Counted from the stretch's first letter, positions 1 through 10,813 are shown. The stretch is DNA of 48,544 nt from Silvibacterium sp. (GCA_019232935.1 JAFAMZ010000013.1:1-48544), one strand, 5' to 3'. Translations and numbers: made by a program. Notes: generated by a model not told the origin, from the sequence alone.

Positions 1-108
1 CAGCCGTGGACTCCACAGGCGCAGGAGTTTCTGGTGGAGCAGATGAACCAGTACTTCTTCGGCGAGGGCTCGTCGCTGCCGAAGGAGTATGTGCCTCCGG
101 CGCATTGA
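1..108 (+). CDS. yggX: Fe(II)-trafficking/oxidative damage protection protein, 3' end (partial at window edge)
   Basis: Frame 1 translates QPWTPQAQEFLVEQMNQYFFGEGSSLPKEYVPPAH*, resembling the YggX C-terminus (L-x-x-x-M-x-x-F/Y-F ... Y-x-P-P); absent from the ORF track because it is truncated. Confidence 0.8.
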   Translation, partial: QPWTPQAQEFLVEQMNQYFFGEGSSLPKEYVPPAH

Positions 109-192
109 TTCTGGTGGGCGGAATTTGTATCTGGAGCGGTGCGCTGAACCGCCCCCTACTGTAAACTAATCCGAGTAGACCCCTGACGTAGT

Positions 193-269
193 CGGGACGT
201 GGCTCAGCCTGGTAGAGCACTCGCTTGGGGTGCGAGGGGTCGGCAGTTCAAATCTGCCCGTCCCGACCA
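193..269 (+). tRNA. tRNA-Pro(GGG)
   Basis: 77 nt; acceptor stem CGGGACG/CGTCCCG plus encoded ACCA; D arm GCTCAGCCTGGTAGAGC; anticodon arm CTCGC-TTGGGGT-GCGAG; T loop GTTCAAATC. Confidence 0.97.
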
Positions 270-324
270 TTCTCCGTCGTGATCGAAGAAGCGCCCGGAC
301 GAATCCCTACTCCGCGCGCGTTTC

Positions 325-2988
325 CTATTGAGTCCGATTTGATTCCTTGACGATTGCGTCGGCGGCGTTGCCGGCTACCACCCAGCTGGCGGACCCGGCC
401 ACCACGGCTTCATCCTCGAACCAGAGGAATCCGAAGTCGTCGATGCACTCCGGGAAATCCGGCTTGATGATGATGTAGCCCGGAATCACCGCCCCCGGAA
501 TATAGGCGTTGTCAGCTCGATTGTTGCTGTAGGTCTTCGTCTTCGAAACCGTGCCGACGCCGGCTACATACGACGTGCTGGATACCGGATGCGTGCCGAG
601 AATGTAATTGACGGCGCGCAGTGTGTATTCAGGGCCCACAAGGTCCGGATACGCCTTGTGCAGAAAGTACATCCGGATGGCCATGTCGACCACCGCGCCC
701 GATCCGCCCCACGTGCCGAGGCTCGGAGGCACGCCGAACGGGGTTGCATCCAACTGCTTGTCCAGGCCCGCCATGTACGTCTTGACGGCTTGCCGCAGTT
801 GGTCTTTCTCGCCTGCATCCAGATAAGGCAAGGCTCGGACGGCGGTCCATCCGCGGAAACCCATCTGCTCCGGCGTGATCATCTGCGGGAGCAACTGCTT
901 CAGGCGCGACTTGTACGGCTCGGCGCCATTTGTGGCAATCGTCAGCTCCAGTGCGGCGGCCCATTCGAGGCCCGCGCCAAACGCGCCTCGCCCGGCGCCG
1001 GGCGGCGGAGCTGCTGGTGGGGCAGCCGCGCCGGAGACCGCACCCTGCGATGAGGCCAGCACGCCGCCTCCCGGAGCACCCGCCGGAGCCGCGCCGCCCA
1101 GGCCGCCACCCGCCGGATTCGGCGTCGGGTGCGCCTTCTCCTCGTTCCACGCTGTGATCGCCGTCTCCAGGCAATCTTTCGCCATTGCGTCGTCGTAGCC
1201 TTTCAGCACATCAGCCGCCGCAGCCAATGCAGCGATGGCGTTCCACTGGAAGAACGGATTGTTGGTGGTGAATATCCAGCGGTCGTCGGGCTTGCCGGAG
1301 TAGTCGCCCTTCACTTCGTTCGGCCCGAGCTTCGGGTCGTAGATGCGCCCGTCGGTCTTCGAAGCTCCATCGCCTACCTGCGTGTACTGCCGGAGATCCG
1401 GCTCATGCGTGCCGCGGATCGCGTGGCCGATATTGTGAAACTGCGCCAGGATGTAGAGCGCGCCGTGCCTGACCTGCTGCACCGTATCGGGCACGCCATC
1501 GGGACGGTGCATCTCGACCTCACGCGCGGCTTCATCGACCGTGAGCTCGTCGTACTTGAGGTCAAATTCCCGATAGGCCAGAGCCAGGCTCTGAATCACG
1601 CTCAGCTGGGCAGGCTCCTCGAGGTCGAAGTCGCCGGCGTCATACCAGCCACCCACGTTCATCCCGGGAATGTGATCGCCGCCTTTGTACTTTCCGTCGG
1701 TGGCCGTGGCCTGGTTCCAGCCGTCGAACTGCTCTCCGACCACGGGCGCCATGCGGCCGTCATCCAGGTGAGACGCGCCGTGCCACATGCGGTAGCCCTC
1801 GCGCACCGAAACGTGATCCATTTGCTCCGCAAGGTGGTGGTCCAGGCTGTCCTGCCAGATGTTCGCGTAAGCATCCTTCGAGACAGGAAAGGGCGCCGTG
1901 CGCTGGCCTGCATACTCGATCACATAAAGGCCGGGATCCTTCACCGGCGTGAAGTCGAATTTCGAATAGACGTATCGCAGCCAGGGCGTGGAGGGAGTAA
2001 TCGGCCCCTCGAAGACCTGCTTGTAAGAACCATCCTCGGTGAGGCGCAGCACTTTGGCCGTCTTAGGGGCGTTGTACTTCGGGTCCAGTTCGAGGACCGC
2101 CACCTTCGAGAAGCCCGGCGCATAACCGACCTGGCTGTGCGCGATCACCGGCGGGCGCGTCCAGTTCGGGATCACGTCGGGCCGGATGTGCCAGACGATC
2201 GCGCCGGTGGTCTTGCCTGAAGGAATCAGCGATCGCAAGACGAACCAGCCATTCTGCGCGCGGTTGCGCCCATCGAACAGCATGAGGTCGGCGGTATCCG
2301 ACGTAACGTTGACCCGGGCGAGCGCGTCGTCCACTCCCATGGTGATGCTCTTTCCCTCTGCGAACGGCAGCGGCTGCGTGTATCCCTTGGCCTTGTCCCA
2401 GTCCTCCAGGTAATATGCCTTCTTCGGCTCATCCGGCAACGGCAGCACCTTGATCATGGGATCGTTGGGCGTGCGCGGAAAGATACCGGCCCTGGTTCCA
2501 TCCACGAGGTAGGTCTTGCCCATGTAGAACGATGGGAGGAACTCGAGGTTGAAGCCGGCCCGCCCGGCCAGCTTCTCCGGCAGGGGCTTGTCGAGATTGA
2601 TGCTGACCTTGACTCCGCCCGGCTCCGCCGCAACTTCCAGGGTGTAGCTGAAATCGAAGCTCGGGAAAGCGAGATCGGCGGTGAGCCGGTCTTTCTCCTT
2701 ATCGGCGTGGCGGCCTTTCAGCGTTGCCACCAGGTCCCACTGTTCCGGCGTCGGCATCAGGCGAACGTCGCCGTTCGTGGCGATTCGCTGACCGTGAAGA
2801 ATCATCTCCATGGCCGTGTTTTTCTGGTCGACGAAAACGGGATGGTAGGTGCTGTCGTAGAGAAATACGCTGAAACCTTGAGTGTCGAGGTAATTCTTGT
2901 CCGTCACCTTCATTTCGAACTCGGCGCCGGACAAGCTGGGGACCGAGGTCAGCAACAGGAGAAGGCACGCTCCGATTCGGGTAAGCAT
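325..2988 (-). CDS. Secreted glycoside hydrolase family 9 (endoglucanase-like) with N-terminal and Ig-like domains
   Basis: Signal peptide from ATG 2988 (MLTRIGACLLLLL...); SQVGY Ig-like motif; GH9 GGWYDAGD motif; NYILG...SYV.GVG and C-terminal acidic catalytic region. Confidence 0.85.
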   Translation of the reverse strand: MLTRIGACLLLLLTSVPSLSGAEFEMKVTDKNYLDTQGFSVFLYDSTYHPVFVDQKNTAMEMILHGQRIATNGDVRLMPTPEQWDLVATLKGRHADKEKDRLTADLAFPSFDFSYTLEVAAEPGGVKVSINLDKPLPEKLAGRAGFNLEFLPSFYMGKTYLVDGTRAGIFPRTPNDPMIKVLPLPDEPKKAYYLEDWDKAKGYTQPLPFAEGKSITMGVDDALARVNVTSDTADLMLFDGRNRAQNGWFVLRSLIPSGKTTGAIVWHIRPDVIPNWTRPPVIAHSQVGYAPGFSKVAVLELDPKYNAPKTAKVLRLTEDGSYKQVFEGPITPSTPWLRYVYSKFDFTPVKDPGLYVIEYAGQRTAPFPVSKDAYANIWQDSLDHHLAEQMDHVSVREGYRMWHGASHLDDGRMAPVVGEQFDGWNQATATDGKYKGGDHIPGMNVGGWYDAGDFDLEEPAQLSVIQSLALAYREFDLKYDELTVDEAAREVEMHRPDGVPDTVQQVRHGALYILAQFHNIGHAIRGTHEPDLRQYTQVGDGASKTDGRIYDPKLGPNEVKGDYSGKPDDRWIFTTNNPFFQWNAIAALAAAADVLKGYDDAMAKDCLETAITAWNEEKAHPTPNPAGGGLGGAAPAGAPGGGVLASSQGAVSGAAAPPAAPPPGAGRGAFGAGLEWAAALELTIATNGAEPYKSRLKQLLPQMITPEQMGFRGWTAVRALPYLDAGEKDQLRQAVKTYMAGLDKQLDATPFGVPPSLGTWGGSGAVVDMAIRMYFLHKAYPDLVGPEYTLRAVNYILGTHPVSSTSYVAGVGTVSKTKTYSNNRADNAYIPGAVIPGYIIIKPDFPECIDDFGFLWFEDEAVVAGSASWVVAGNAADAIVKESNRTQ

Positions 2989-3083
2989 AGACTTGGATCC
3001 GATTACTCCTTTGCGACAACCTACCACGATATGCACCACGTTCGGGCGGCTGGGTGTCCGCACATTTCGCGTAAGATTGGTGC

Positions 3084-3869
3084 GTGGCCGAGCGCGTTGC
3101 GAAAAAGGGCTCCAGGAAGATGCCGGTTGGGACCTGCCATGCGGCGGCTCCGTATTTCAATCAGAAGGCGCTCGATTTTCTGCGTCAGCTCAAGCGCAAT
3201 AACCGTCGTGAATGGTTTGAGGCGCGACGCGAGGTCTACGAGAGCGAATTGAAGGCTCCGATGCTGGCGCTGATCGAGAAGGTCACGCAGGGCATGCTGG
3301 ACTACGCTCCCGCGCATGTGCGTCCGGCGCAGAAGTCGATGCTGCGCATCTATCGCGATACGCGATTCTCGGCAGACAAGACTCCGTACAAGACGCATAT
3401 GGCGGCATGGTGGGCGCACCAGAGCGCGGCGAAGACCTCGGGCAGCGGATACTACCTGCATGTGAGTCCGACGGAGGTGACGGTGGCGGCCGGAGTGTAC
3501 ATGCCTCCGAAGGAACAACTGCTGGCGATACGGCAGCACCTGGTGGAGCATCACGAGGAGTTTCGGCGGCTGATCGAAACGAAAAACCTGAGGGCGAAGA
3601 AGCTGCCGGCGAAGATGGAGCTGCACGATCCGCAGGCGCTGAGCCGGCCGCCGAAGGGGTTTGCGGCGGAGCATCCGGCGATCGAGTGGATCAAGTGGCG
3701 GCAGTGGGGCGTGTATGCGACTCTGCCGGCGGAGACGGCGCTGAAGCCAGATCTGGCAAAGATGGTCGAGGGGTATTTCCGGCTATCGCAGCCGCTGGTG
3801 GATTATCTGAGCAAGCCGCTGCTGCGGGGCATGGAAAAGCGCAGGAAGCCGCTCTTCGGGCTTTACTAG
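3084..3869 (+). CDS. DUF2461 (TIGR02453) family protein
   Basis: Motifs NNRREWF, RIYRDTRFSADKTPYK, GYYLH, AAGVY; start codon uncertain. Confidence 0.88.
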   Translation: MAERVAKKGSRKMPVGTCHAAAPYFNQKALDFLRQLKRNNRREWFEARREVYESELKAPMLALIEKVTQGMLDYAPAHVRPAQKSMLRIYRDTRFSADKTPYKTHMAAWWAHQSAAKTSGSGYYLHVSPTEVTVAAGVYMPPKEQLLAIRQHLVEHHEEFRRLIETKNLRAKKLPAKMELHDPQALSRPPKGFAAEHPAIEWIKWRQWGVYATLPAETALKPDLAKMVEGYFRLSQPLVDYLSKPLLRGMEKRRKPLFGLY

Positions 3870-3976
3870 TAAGGGGACCGGGCCTATATTCGGGCCATGG
3901 CGTTTCCTGCCCGAGAGGCTCGGGAGCCGCGCCAGACAAGTGTTTGCGAGGGCGCCCACCTCGCGTTCCGGTTACT

Positions 3977-4085
3977 AAAGTGGCACGAAAACCGGTAGAA
4001 AACAGCTAAAACCCAAATAAAACCTGCAAAAACCTGTGGAAACTGCTCTTTTCCTGTTGACAAAGCTTTTCAAAAGACGCAAGGT
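3977..4085 (+). promoter_or_regulatory. Putative sigma70 promoter of the HU gene with upstream phased A-tracts
   Basis: TTGACA at 4057-4062, 17-nt spacer, weak -10 CAAGGT at 4080-4085; A3-5 tracts at about 10.5-bp spacing upstream. Confidence 0.45.
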
Positions 4086-4257
4086 AAACGGCGGTGGGGT
4101 TCTCTGAGAGCCGCATAAATACTGGCGAAAACCGGTGGTGGTGCGGAAAACAGGCAACCTGAAGTGAGCCGCACGCACCCGCGCAGTCCGGGTCTGGATT
4201 TAGAGGGGACTCGCGAAATGGGGCTCGAAAGTTAGAGGAATTCAGGAGGAAATACGA

Positions 4258-4554
4258 ATGGCAACAGCACTGACCAAAACAGCTCTGGTTCGGCAGATGG
4301 CCGAGAAGCTTGAGTTGACCAACAAGCAGGCTTCCTCGTTTCTGGACCTGCTGGCCGAAACAGCAGTGAAGGAGACGAAGAAAAACGGGGTTTTCGTGAT
4401 CCCCGGGCTGGGACGCCTGGTGAAGGCAGAGCGGAAGGCGCGCATGGGCCGCAATCCGCAGACCGGCGAGCAGATCAAGATCAAGGCAAAGACGGTAGTG
4501 AAGTTCCGCGTGGCCAAGGCCGCGAAGGACTCGATCGCTCCGCCGAAGAAATAG
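4258..4554 (+). CDS. hup: HU family DNA-binding protein
   Basis: GLG..., RKARMGRNPQTGEQIKIKAK, VKFR motifs; SD AGGAGG upstream. Confidence 0.95.
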   Translation: MATALTKTALVRQMAEKLELTNKQASSFLDLLAETAVKETKKNGVFVIPGLGRLVKAERKARMGRNPQTGEQIKIKAKTVVKFRVAKAAKDSIAPPKK

Positions 4555-4616
4555 ATTTGAGGGGCTAAGGCAGCCGCGCCTTTCACAACGCAGATCAGCG
4601 GCGAAACTCTAAAGGG

Positions 4617-4653
4617 AGAGGGAGACGGTGCAACACCGTCTCCTCTTTTGTTT
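4617..4653 (+). terminator. Rho-independent terminator after HU, between convergent genes
   Basis: Stem GGAGACGGTG-CAA-CACCGTCTCC followed by TCTTTTGTTT. Confidence 0.8.
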
Positions 4654-4659
4654 CAGGCG

Positions 4660-5388
4660 TCAACGCGGCTTTTCTAAGACGAATGCGCGAACGACCAGCG
4701 AGAGTCCAAAGCAGACGATGACGGCGCGGATGAGCAGGTCGGCGTTGTAGCGCCAGGCAAGCACGGCGAAGCAGATAGCCATTGCGATGGGATACGTCTC
4801 TGCGAGGAGGGCGCGCGGCCAGTTCGGTGCTGAGTCGGACGCCGGCAGGCCCGGGGTGAGGCTGGGAACGATCCGAGGGACGCGCTCCCTGTAGGCCAGA
4901 TAGGCGTCGCCCAGCTGCGCCGTGAGGTAGGCCTCTTCACCGAAGATGAGCCGCAGGTTCTGCACGAAAAGCAATGTGAGGAAGACAAAGGCTCCGAGCG
5001 GCGCCATGAGAATCGCGACTGAGCAGGCGAAGATGAATCCGCCCAGGTAGAGGGGATTGCGGACATGGCGGTAAGGGCCCGCGGCAAGGACGCTGTCGCC
5101 ATGCATGCGGCCTGAGGTCATGATGCCGGCGCCGATGTAAGCGGTGCCCCAGACCCGAAATGCTGCTCCGATTATCGCGAAAGCAATCATCAGCGATGTA
5201 ACGCCGAGGACGGCGGACTGCATGGTAAGGGCGCCGGTGCGCGCCAATGCTCCGGAAAGCGCGAGCCAGGTGGTGGTGACCCGTGGTCCTCCGACGCTGT
5301 AGATGAGCCATGGCAGCCCGAAGCCGATGCCGTAGATCAGTGCTCCGATAGCGAGGCGGAAGCGGAACTCGAAGGGCGTAGCCTTCAC
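4660..5388 (-). CDS. Isoprenylcysteine carboxyl methyltransferase / phospholipid methyltransferase-like membrane protein
   Basis: [24 protein letters not shown] motifs; several TM segments; GTG start overlaps the upstream stop (GTGA, 5385-5388). Confidence 0.8.
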   Translation of the reverse strand: MKATPFEFRFRLAIGALIYGIGFGLPWLIYSVGGPRVTTTWLALSGALARTGALTMQSAVLGVTSLMIAFAIIGAAFRVWGTAYIGAGIMTSGRMHGDSVLAAGPYRHVRNPLYLGGFIFACSVAILMAPLGAFVFLTLLFVQNLRLIFGEEAYLTAQLGDAYLAYRERVPRIVPSLTPGLPASDSAPNWPRALLAETYPIAMAICFAVLAWRYNADLLIRAVIVCFGLSLVVRAFVLEKPR

Positions 5389-6689
5389 GGCTGCGCGCTC
5401 TCGTTCTTGTAAACGACTCCGGACTTCATCACGAATTTCACATGCTGGAGGATGCGGACATCTTTCAGGGGGTCTCCGAAGACGGCAATGATGTCGGCCC
5501 ACTTGCCGGGCTCAATCGAGCCGGCCCTGTCGGTCCAGCCCATCAGGGCGGCGGCATTCAGCGTAGCCGATTGCAACGCGGCGAGCGGCGTCATGCCGAA
5601 CTGGTTTACGTAGACGTCAAGTTCGTGAGCGTTGAGACCGTGGGGGTAAACCGCGGCATCGGTTCCAAGCGCGATTTTTACTCCGGCGGCAATGGCTCTT
5701 TTGGCGTTGGCCTTCTCGACTGCGCTCACGTCCTTCATCTTCTGTGCGTAGAGAGCGGGCAGGTGGCCGTTCTCCTGCATCCAGTCGATGAGGTACGCGG
5801 TAGGGACGAAGTAGTTGCCGTGCTGCTTCATGGCGGCGATGTCCTCGTCGTTCATGTAGGACCCGTGCTCGATGGAGTCGACGCCGGCCTCAGTGGCCCA
5901 GAGGATGCCCTGCGATCCGTGGGCGTGGGCGGCCACCTTGCGGCCGAGTCGGTGCGCGTCGGCGACGATGGCTTTCATTTCTTCGAGGGTGTACTGGGAA
6001 GCTTGCGGGTCGTCGCCCTTCGAGAGCACGCCGCCAGTGGCACAGATCTTGATGAGGTCGGCGCCATACTTGATCACCTCACGGACTTTGTGCTGTACGG
6101 CCTCGACGCCGTCAGCGACTCCTTCGCCAGTCAGGTGATATTCGAAAGGCAGAAGGTTCTCGTCGCAGTGTCCTCCGGTGATGCCGAGCGCAGGTCCGCT
6201 GACCTGCATGTGCGGGCCTTCGATGAGTCCTTCGTTTATGGAGTCGCGCAGATCGACGTCGGCATAGCCGCTGGCTCCGACATTGCGGACGGTGGTGAAC
6301 CCGGCTTCGAGTGTGACCTTTGCATTGCGGGCTCCGATGAGGGCGCTCTTGGCGACACTGGTCGAAAGCTCATGGTAGGGATCGAAGTCGTTCGCGCCGG
6401 TGAGATGAGTGTGCACGTCGATGAGGCCGGGAAGGACGGTGAGAGAACGCAGGTCAACCTCGGTGTCTCCGGGATGTTTCGGCGTGGATGAAGTGGACGC
6501 GACAGAGACGATGCGGTCACCGGTGATGACGATGGTCTGATCGGCGGCTTCGTTTCCGGTGCGGACGTCGATGACCTGGCCGGCGCGGATGAGGGTTCGG
6601 GTGATTGGTGTGTTTTGCGCGAGCAGAGGGAACGTGAGAACACGTAACAATGATAGTGACGTAATAATGATGCGGCGGAAGACGTGCAT
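5385..6689 (-). CDS. Metal-dependent amidohydrolase (Xaa-Pro dipeptidase-like), probably secreted
   Basis: [36 protein letters not shown] motifs; N-terminal signal-like segment. Confidence 0.9.
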   Translation of the reverse strand: MHVFRRIIITSLSLLRVLTFPLLAQNTPITRTLIRAGQVIDVRTGNEAADQTIVITGDRIVSVASTSSTPKHPGDTEVDLRSLTVLPGLIDVHTHLTGANDFDPYHELSTSVAKSALIGARNAKVTLEAGFTTVRNVGASGYADVDLRDSINEGLIEGPHMQVSGPALGITGGHCDENLLPFEYHLTGEGVADGVEAVQHKVREVIKYGADLIKICATGGVLSKGDDPQASQYTLEEMKAIVADAHRLGRKVAAHAHGSQGILWATEAGVDSIEHGSYMNDEDIAAMKQHGNYFVPTAYLIDWMQENGHLPALYAQKMKDVSAVEKANAKRAIAAGVKIALGTDAAVYPHGLNAHELDVYVNQFGMTPLAALQSATLNAAALMGWTDRAGSIEPGKWADIIAVFGDPLKDVRILQHVKFVMKSGVVYKNESAQP

Positions 6690-6756
6690 AGCGGCCTCAG
6701 TGACACTGGGATCAGGAGAGATTTCGGCAAGTGTAGCAGTTCGGCAGATCAGCAGA

Positions 6757-7653
6757 TCAGCGGGATTCGAGAGCGGTGCGAAGGCGTCCGCGGGCGACGA
6801 GCAGACGTTGCTCGGCCTCTTCCCTGCTGAGGCCGAGCCCGTGCATGACGATGGCGGTTTTTACCGAACCCGCGTGTTCGAGCAGGGCGGCAGAGTCGGG
6901 GTGGGGCAATCCCGTGATGGTCGAGATGATGCGGGCGGCGCGATCGCGGAGCTTGGTATTGGTAGGCTGCACGTTCACCATGAGGTTGCCATACACGTAG
7001 CCGAGACGCACGAGGGCTCCGGTGGAGAGCATGTTGAGGATGAGCTTGGTTGCGGTGCCGGCCTTCATGCGCGTCGATCCAGTGACGACCTCGGGACCGG
7101 TCGCGGGCGTGATGGCAAGGTCGGCAGCCTCAGCAAGTTCGGAGCCGGGAACGCAGCTCAGGCCGATGGTGAGCGCGCCGAGGCTGCGTGCGTAGCGGAT
7201 GCCGCCGAGCACATAGGGCGTGCGGCCGCTGGCAGCAATGCCGATAAGGACGTCTTTTGCGGAAAAGCCGTGCTGTTCGAGGTCGCGGCGGCCCTGCGAT
7301 TCGTCGTCTTCGGCGCGCTCGACGGAGCGGCGGAGGGCGGCGGCGCCTCCGGCGATGAGTCCCTGGACGAGTTCGGGAGGGGTGTTGTAAGTGGGCGGGC
7401 ACTCGGAGGCGTCGAGGACGCCGAGACGGCCTGAGGTTCCGGCGCCGAGATAGAAGAGACGGCCTCCGCTGTCGAGATACGCCGCAATGGCTTCGATGGC
7501 GCGGGCGACCTGAGGCAGTTCGTATTCGACGGCAGCCAGGGCCTCGCGGTCGGCGATGTGCATGGCCTGAGCCAGTTCAAGGGGTGAGAGGCTGTCGAGA
7601 TTCTCGGTGGCGGGATTGCGGGCTTCAGTGGGGAGGCTGGAGAGGTCGGGCAT
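6757..7653 (-). CDS. murQ: N-acetylmuramic acid 6-phosphate etherase
   Basis: [51 protein letters not shown]; ATG at 7653. Confidence 0.95.
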   Translation of the reverse strand: MPDLSSLPTEARNPATENLDSLSPLELAQAMHIADREALAAVEYELPQVARAIEAIAAYLDSGGRLFYLGAGTSGRLGVLDASECPPTYNTPPELVQGLIAGGAAALRRSVERAEDDESQGRRDLEQHGFSAKDVLIGIAASGRTPYVLGGIRYARSLGALTIGLSCVPGSELAEAADLAITPATGPEVVTGSTRMKAGTATKLILNMLSTGALVRLGYVYGNLMVNVQPTNTKLRDRAARIISTITGLPHPDSAALLEHAGSVKTAIVMHGLGLSREEAEQRLLVARGRLRTALESR

Positions 7654-8725
7654 TGCTGTTGTTAAAGTCTGACTGAAGAGGGAGCTTAAAGACAACATTG
7701 ATCTGTGTCTCAACTTCCACAGTCTCGCCATTTAGAAGATACGGCTTGTAGCGCCAGGTTTTCACGGCGTCGAGCGCTGATTGCTGGAGCATGGGAGGGC
7801 CAGAGATGACGTGTAAGTTGGTGAGTGTTCCCGTTTTGCTGATAGTGACGGCGATGACTACTACTCCCTCGACGTGTGCCGCCCTGGCGATAGGGGGAAA
7901 TACAGGGTCATACCCTGAAATTTTGCCTCCGGCGACTACACCCGGCGAGAGGGTGACCTTTCGTGCCGGCGCGGGGACGGCGTCGGGCGGCGGCGCTAAG
8001 TCGGCTTCGACGACGGTTGCGATTGAGTTCAATTCGGTGACCGAGATACTTACCTGTGGCTTATCAGCATGCTTGATAAAAATCTGCTCGGCGACGTATT
8101 GTTCGCCGAATCGAACGATTTTATCGAAGAAGATTTGCGTTTCCGCATTGAGTACGATCGCTCGAACTGCAGGATGATCTTTCGAGATGCAAAATGCGGG
8201 GTAGACGCTCGGTATCGCGGAACCACCGTCCGCAACGGGCCGAAGACATCGCAGGTCTACACCGCCAAGGCTTACATCGCCTTCACTGAATTTGACCTTT
8301 AAGGCCAGCGCGAAATGGAGTGGTCGGGTGAGATACGTATGGACCGCAGCCTCTTCAGATGGAGGCCAAGTGCGTTCTCCCGTGAAAAATCTAGCAGCGC
8401 CGTTTCGAAACTCGACCTGGTTGAATCCTGTACTGGTGTAGCTCAGCTTGTATTTTTCGGCCCCGGCCCACCACTCCTCGAATTTGCCCTGATCTTTGGG
8501 TTGCCCGTTTTCGTCGAAGGTCTGGTAAGTGGCCTCGAGGTGCCACGGTTTCAGATCGGGCGAGCTGAGGCCGTTCACGTCTGCGGCAACGAGCATCAGT
8601 TCGGTAGGGTCTGTGGGCATCGCCGGTGGCGGTGTGACCGGAGGGGGACTTGGGGCGTTTTGACCAGAGAGAGCTGCGGCGGCTGTAACCGCAACGAACA
8701 AAAGGTATAGCGCTCGTCGTGCCAT
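7625..8725 (-). CDS. Energy transducer TonB family protein (N-terminal extra domain plus TonB_C)
   Basis: Signal/TM anchor and Pro-rich linker; C-terminal PVFPPIARAAHVEGVV...ALDAVKTWRYKPYLLNG..VEVETQINVVF. Confidence 0.85.
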   Translation of the reverse strand: MARRALYLLFVAVTAAAALSGQNAPSPPPVTPPPAMPTDPTELMLVAADVNGLSSPDLKPWHLEATYQTFDENGQPKDQGKFEEWWAGAEKYKLSYTSTGFNQVEFRNGAARFFTGERTWPPSEEAAVHTYLTRPLHFALALKVKFSEGDVSLGGVDLRCLRPVADGGSAIPSVYPAFCISKDHPAVRAIVLNAETQIFFDKIVRFGEQYVAEQIFIKHADKPQVSISVTELNSIATVVEADLAPPPDAVPAPARKVTLSPGVVAGGKISGYDPVFPPIARAAHVEGVVVIAVTISKTGTLTNLHVISGPPMLQQSALDAVKTWRYKPYLLNGETVEVETQINVVFKLPLQSDFNNSNARPLQPPH

Positions 8726-8781
8726 GAGGCAGAGTCTAGCGGACAAATGCCGATGGTGAACGACAAAAGTTTGGGCTCGGC

Positions 8782-9678
8782 TCAGACGCCGAGGCGTTCC
8801 ATAAGGGCGTCGAAGTCATCGAGCTTTGAGTACTCGATGATGACGCGGCCGCGGCCGTTCTTGTCCTCGATGGTGACCTTCATTCCAAGAGCCCGCTGGA
8901 GGAGATCGCGGGCCTCGCGAACATTAGGATCGAGCGGTTTATTCGCTTTTTCTTCGCTGGAGGGCTTCTTTTCAGGATGAAGCAAACCTTGAACATAGCT
9001 CTCGGTCTGCCGTACCGACATGGACAGGGCTGTGACCTTCTGGGCAGCTTCGAGGAGCGATTTAGGGTCTTCAATCGCCAGCAGAGCGCGGGCGTGGCCG
9101 AAGCTGAGTTCTCCGGCCTCGACTTTGCCTTGAACCTCGGAGGGAAGGCGCAGGAGTCGCAGGAAGTTGGCAACGGAGGCGCGGTCCTTGCCGGTGCGCT
9201 GGGCCATTTGCTCCTGAGTAAGTTTGAATTCCCGGGCTAGTCGCTCGTAGGCGCGGGCCTGCTCCATGGGATTGAGGTCGGTGCGCTGGAGGTTTTCGAC
9301 AATGGTCATCTCCAGCGCCTGCTCGTCGGAGACCTGGCGGAGTACCGCGGGAATGGTGTCCTTGCCGGCCATTTTCGACGCTAGCCAGCGGCGTTCCCCA
9401 GCAATGAGCTGGAATCGCCCCCCGGGAAGGGCTCGAACAAGGACCGGCTGGATGACTCCGGTGGCGGCAATGGACGCGGCAAGTTCGGCCAGCTGGGCCT
9501 CGTCGAAGCGGGTACGCGTCTGATAGGGGTTCCGGTCGATGTCCGCGAGCGGGATCTCGCGGGGTACTCCGTCAGAAGGTCTTGCTGTGGCAGGATCGAT
9601 GGTTGGGCGGACGCTCGGGAGCAGGGATTCGAGTCCTTTGCCTAAAGCCTTTCGTCTTGGCAATTCAGCGGTGTTCAT
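8782..9678 (-). CDS. parB: Chromosome partitioning protein ParB
   Basis: ALGKGL N-terminus, NPYQTR, IAGERRW, IVENLQR, HTH, LSFGHARAL. Confidence 0.96.
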   Translation of the reverse strand: MNTAELPRRKALGKGLESLLPSVRPTIDPATARPSDGVPREIPLADIDRNPYQTRTRFDEAQLAELAASIAATGVIQPVLVRALPGGRFQLIAGERRWLASKMAGKDTIPAVLRQVSDEQALEMTIVENLQRTDLNPMEQARAYERLAREFKLTQEQMAQRTGKDRASVANFLRLLRLPSEVQGKVEAGELSFGHARALLAIEDPKSLLEAAQKVTALSMSVRQTESYVQGLLHPEKKPSSEEKANKPLDPNVREARDLLQRALGMKVTIEDKNGRGRVIIEYSKLDDFDALMERLGV

Positions 9679-9721
9679 GGTTCTGAGTCCTCAGGTAATG
9701 TCGCAGGTCGCTTGGGGAATT

Positions 9722-10567
9722 TTACGCGTAGGGCCAGAATCGGACAGTGTGCTTTCCGCGAGCCTCAGCCTGGGCTTTCCGTTCCCTGGCACGGGGACTC
9801 TCGACGTCGTTGCGGGTGAGCAGCTCCTCGGCGAGTTCGCGGTAGCTCTCGGCTCCCCGGGAGCGGGGATCGTAGAGCTGGACCGGCTTGCCGTAACTGG
9901 GCGCTTCGGCAAGGCGGACGTTTCGGGGAATGGCGGTGCTGAAGAGCTTGTCTTTGAAATAGCCGCGCAAGTTCTCGCGTACCTGCTGGGCGAGGTTGGT
10001 GCGGTCATCGTACATGGTGAGAAGCACGCCTTCGATTTCGAGCTCAGGGTTGAAGGCTCCGCGAACACGCTCCAGAGTGTGAACCAGCTCGCTGACGCCC
10101 TCAAGAGCAAAGTACTCGGCCTGCATGGGGACGAGCAGACGGTCGGCGGCAACGAGAGCGTTCAAAGTGAGCAAATCGAGGGCGGGCGGGCAGTCGAGAA
10201 CGATGTAGTCGTACTTTTCTCGCTCCGGAGCGACGGCTTCACGGAGCTTGTAGGAACGACGGTCATGCTGGATGAGCTCAACATTTGCGCCGATGAGGTT
10301 TTTGCTCGAGGGTACGATCCAAAGGGTTTCGATTTCGGTGGAGAGGACGGCATCAGCAACCGTGCTGTCTCCAACGAGGATGTCGTAGGTAGATTTCCGC
10401 GCCTCGTCCCGGGAGAGTCCGTAGCCGCCGGTTGAGTTGGCCTGAGGGTCGCAGTCGATGAGGAGGGTTTTGAGTCCTTCAAGTGCGAGGGCGGCTGAGA
10501 GATTGATAGCGGTGGTGGTTTTGCCCACTCCGCCCTTTTGGTTTACGACCGCCAACACCCTGCCCAT
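9722..10567 (-). CDS. parA: Chromosome partitioning ATPase ParA/Soj
   Basis: [40 protein letters not shown]; ATG at 10567. Confidence 0.96.
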   Translation of the reverse strand: MGRVLAVVNQKGGVGKTTTAINLSAALALEGLKTLLIDCDPQANSTGGYGLSRDEARKSTYDILVGDSTVADAVLSTEIETLWIVPSSKNLIGANVELIQHDRRSYKLREAVAPEREKYDYIVLDCPPALDLLTLNALVAADRLLVPMQAEYFALEGVSELVHTLERVRGAFNPELEIEGVLLTMYDDRTNLAQQVRENLRGYFKDKLFSTAIPRNVRLAEAPSYGKPVQLYDPRSRGAESYRELAEELLTRNDVESPRARERKAQAEARGKHTVRFWPYA

Positions 10568-10761
10568 GAAGAAAAAGAGTATCGGTCTGCAGGGCAGCAC
10601 GCAACGGAAATGGCCTGTGCAGAACGCGGCTAAAGTTGTGGAAAGATTTCGTGTAACCGACTCGAAGGGAACTGTAACCCATGTTGAATGTGCCTGCTGC
10701 AGCACGGGAGGGATTGCGAAAGGAGTGTTGCAGGGCTACGAAGCCGTGGTGGAAATCTTTC

Positions 10762-10777
10762 TGTTCCACGTGGAACA
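10762..10777. promoter_or_regulatory. parS centromere site 1
   Basis: Perfect palindrome TGTTCCACGTGGAACA matching TGTTNCACGTGNAACA. Confidence 0.93.
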
Positions 10778-10797
10778 GGGCTGGACGCTCTCCAAGA

Positions 10798-10813
10798 TGT
10801 TTCACGTGAAACA
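10798..10813. promoter_or_regulatory. parS centromere site 2
   Basis: Perfect consensus palindrome TGTTTCACGTGAAACA; overlaps the rsmG stop codon. Confidence 0.95.

Noticed and set aside
193-3063. tRNA-Pro as an integration site for an island
   Set aside because: No integrase and no duplicated tRNA 3' end seen in the window
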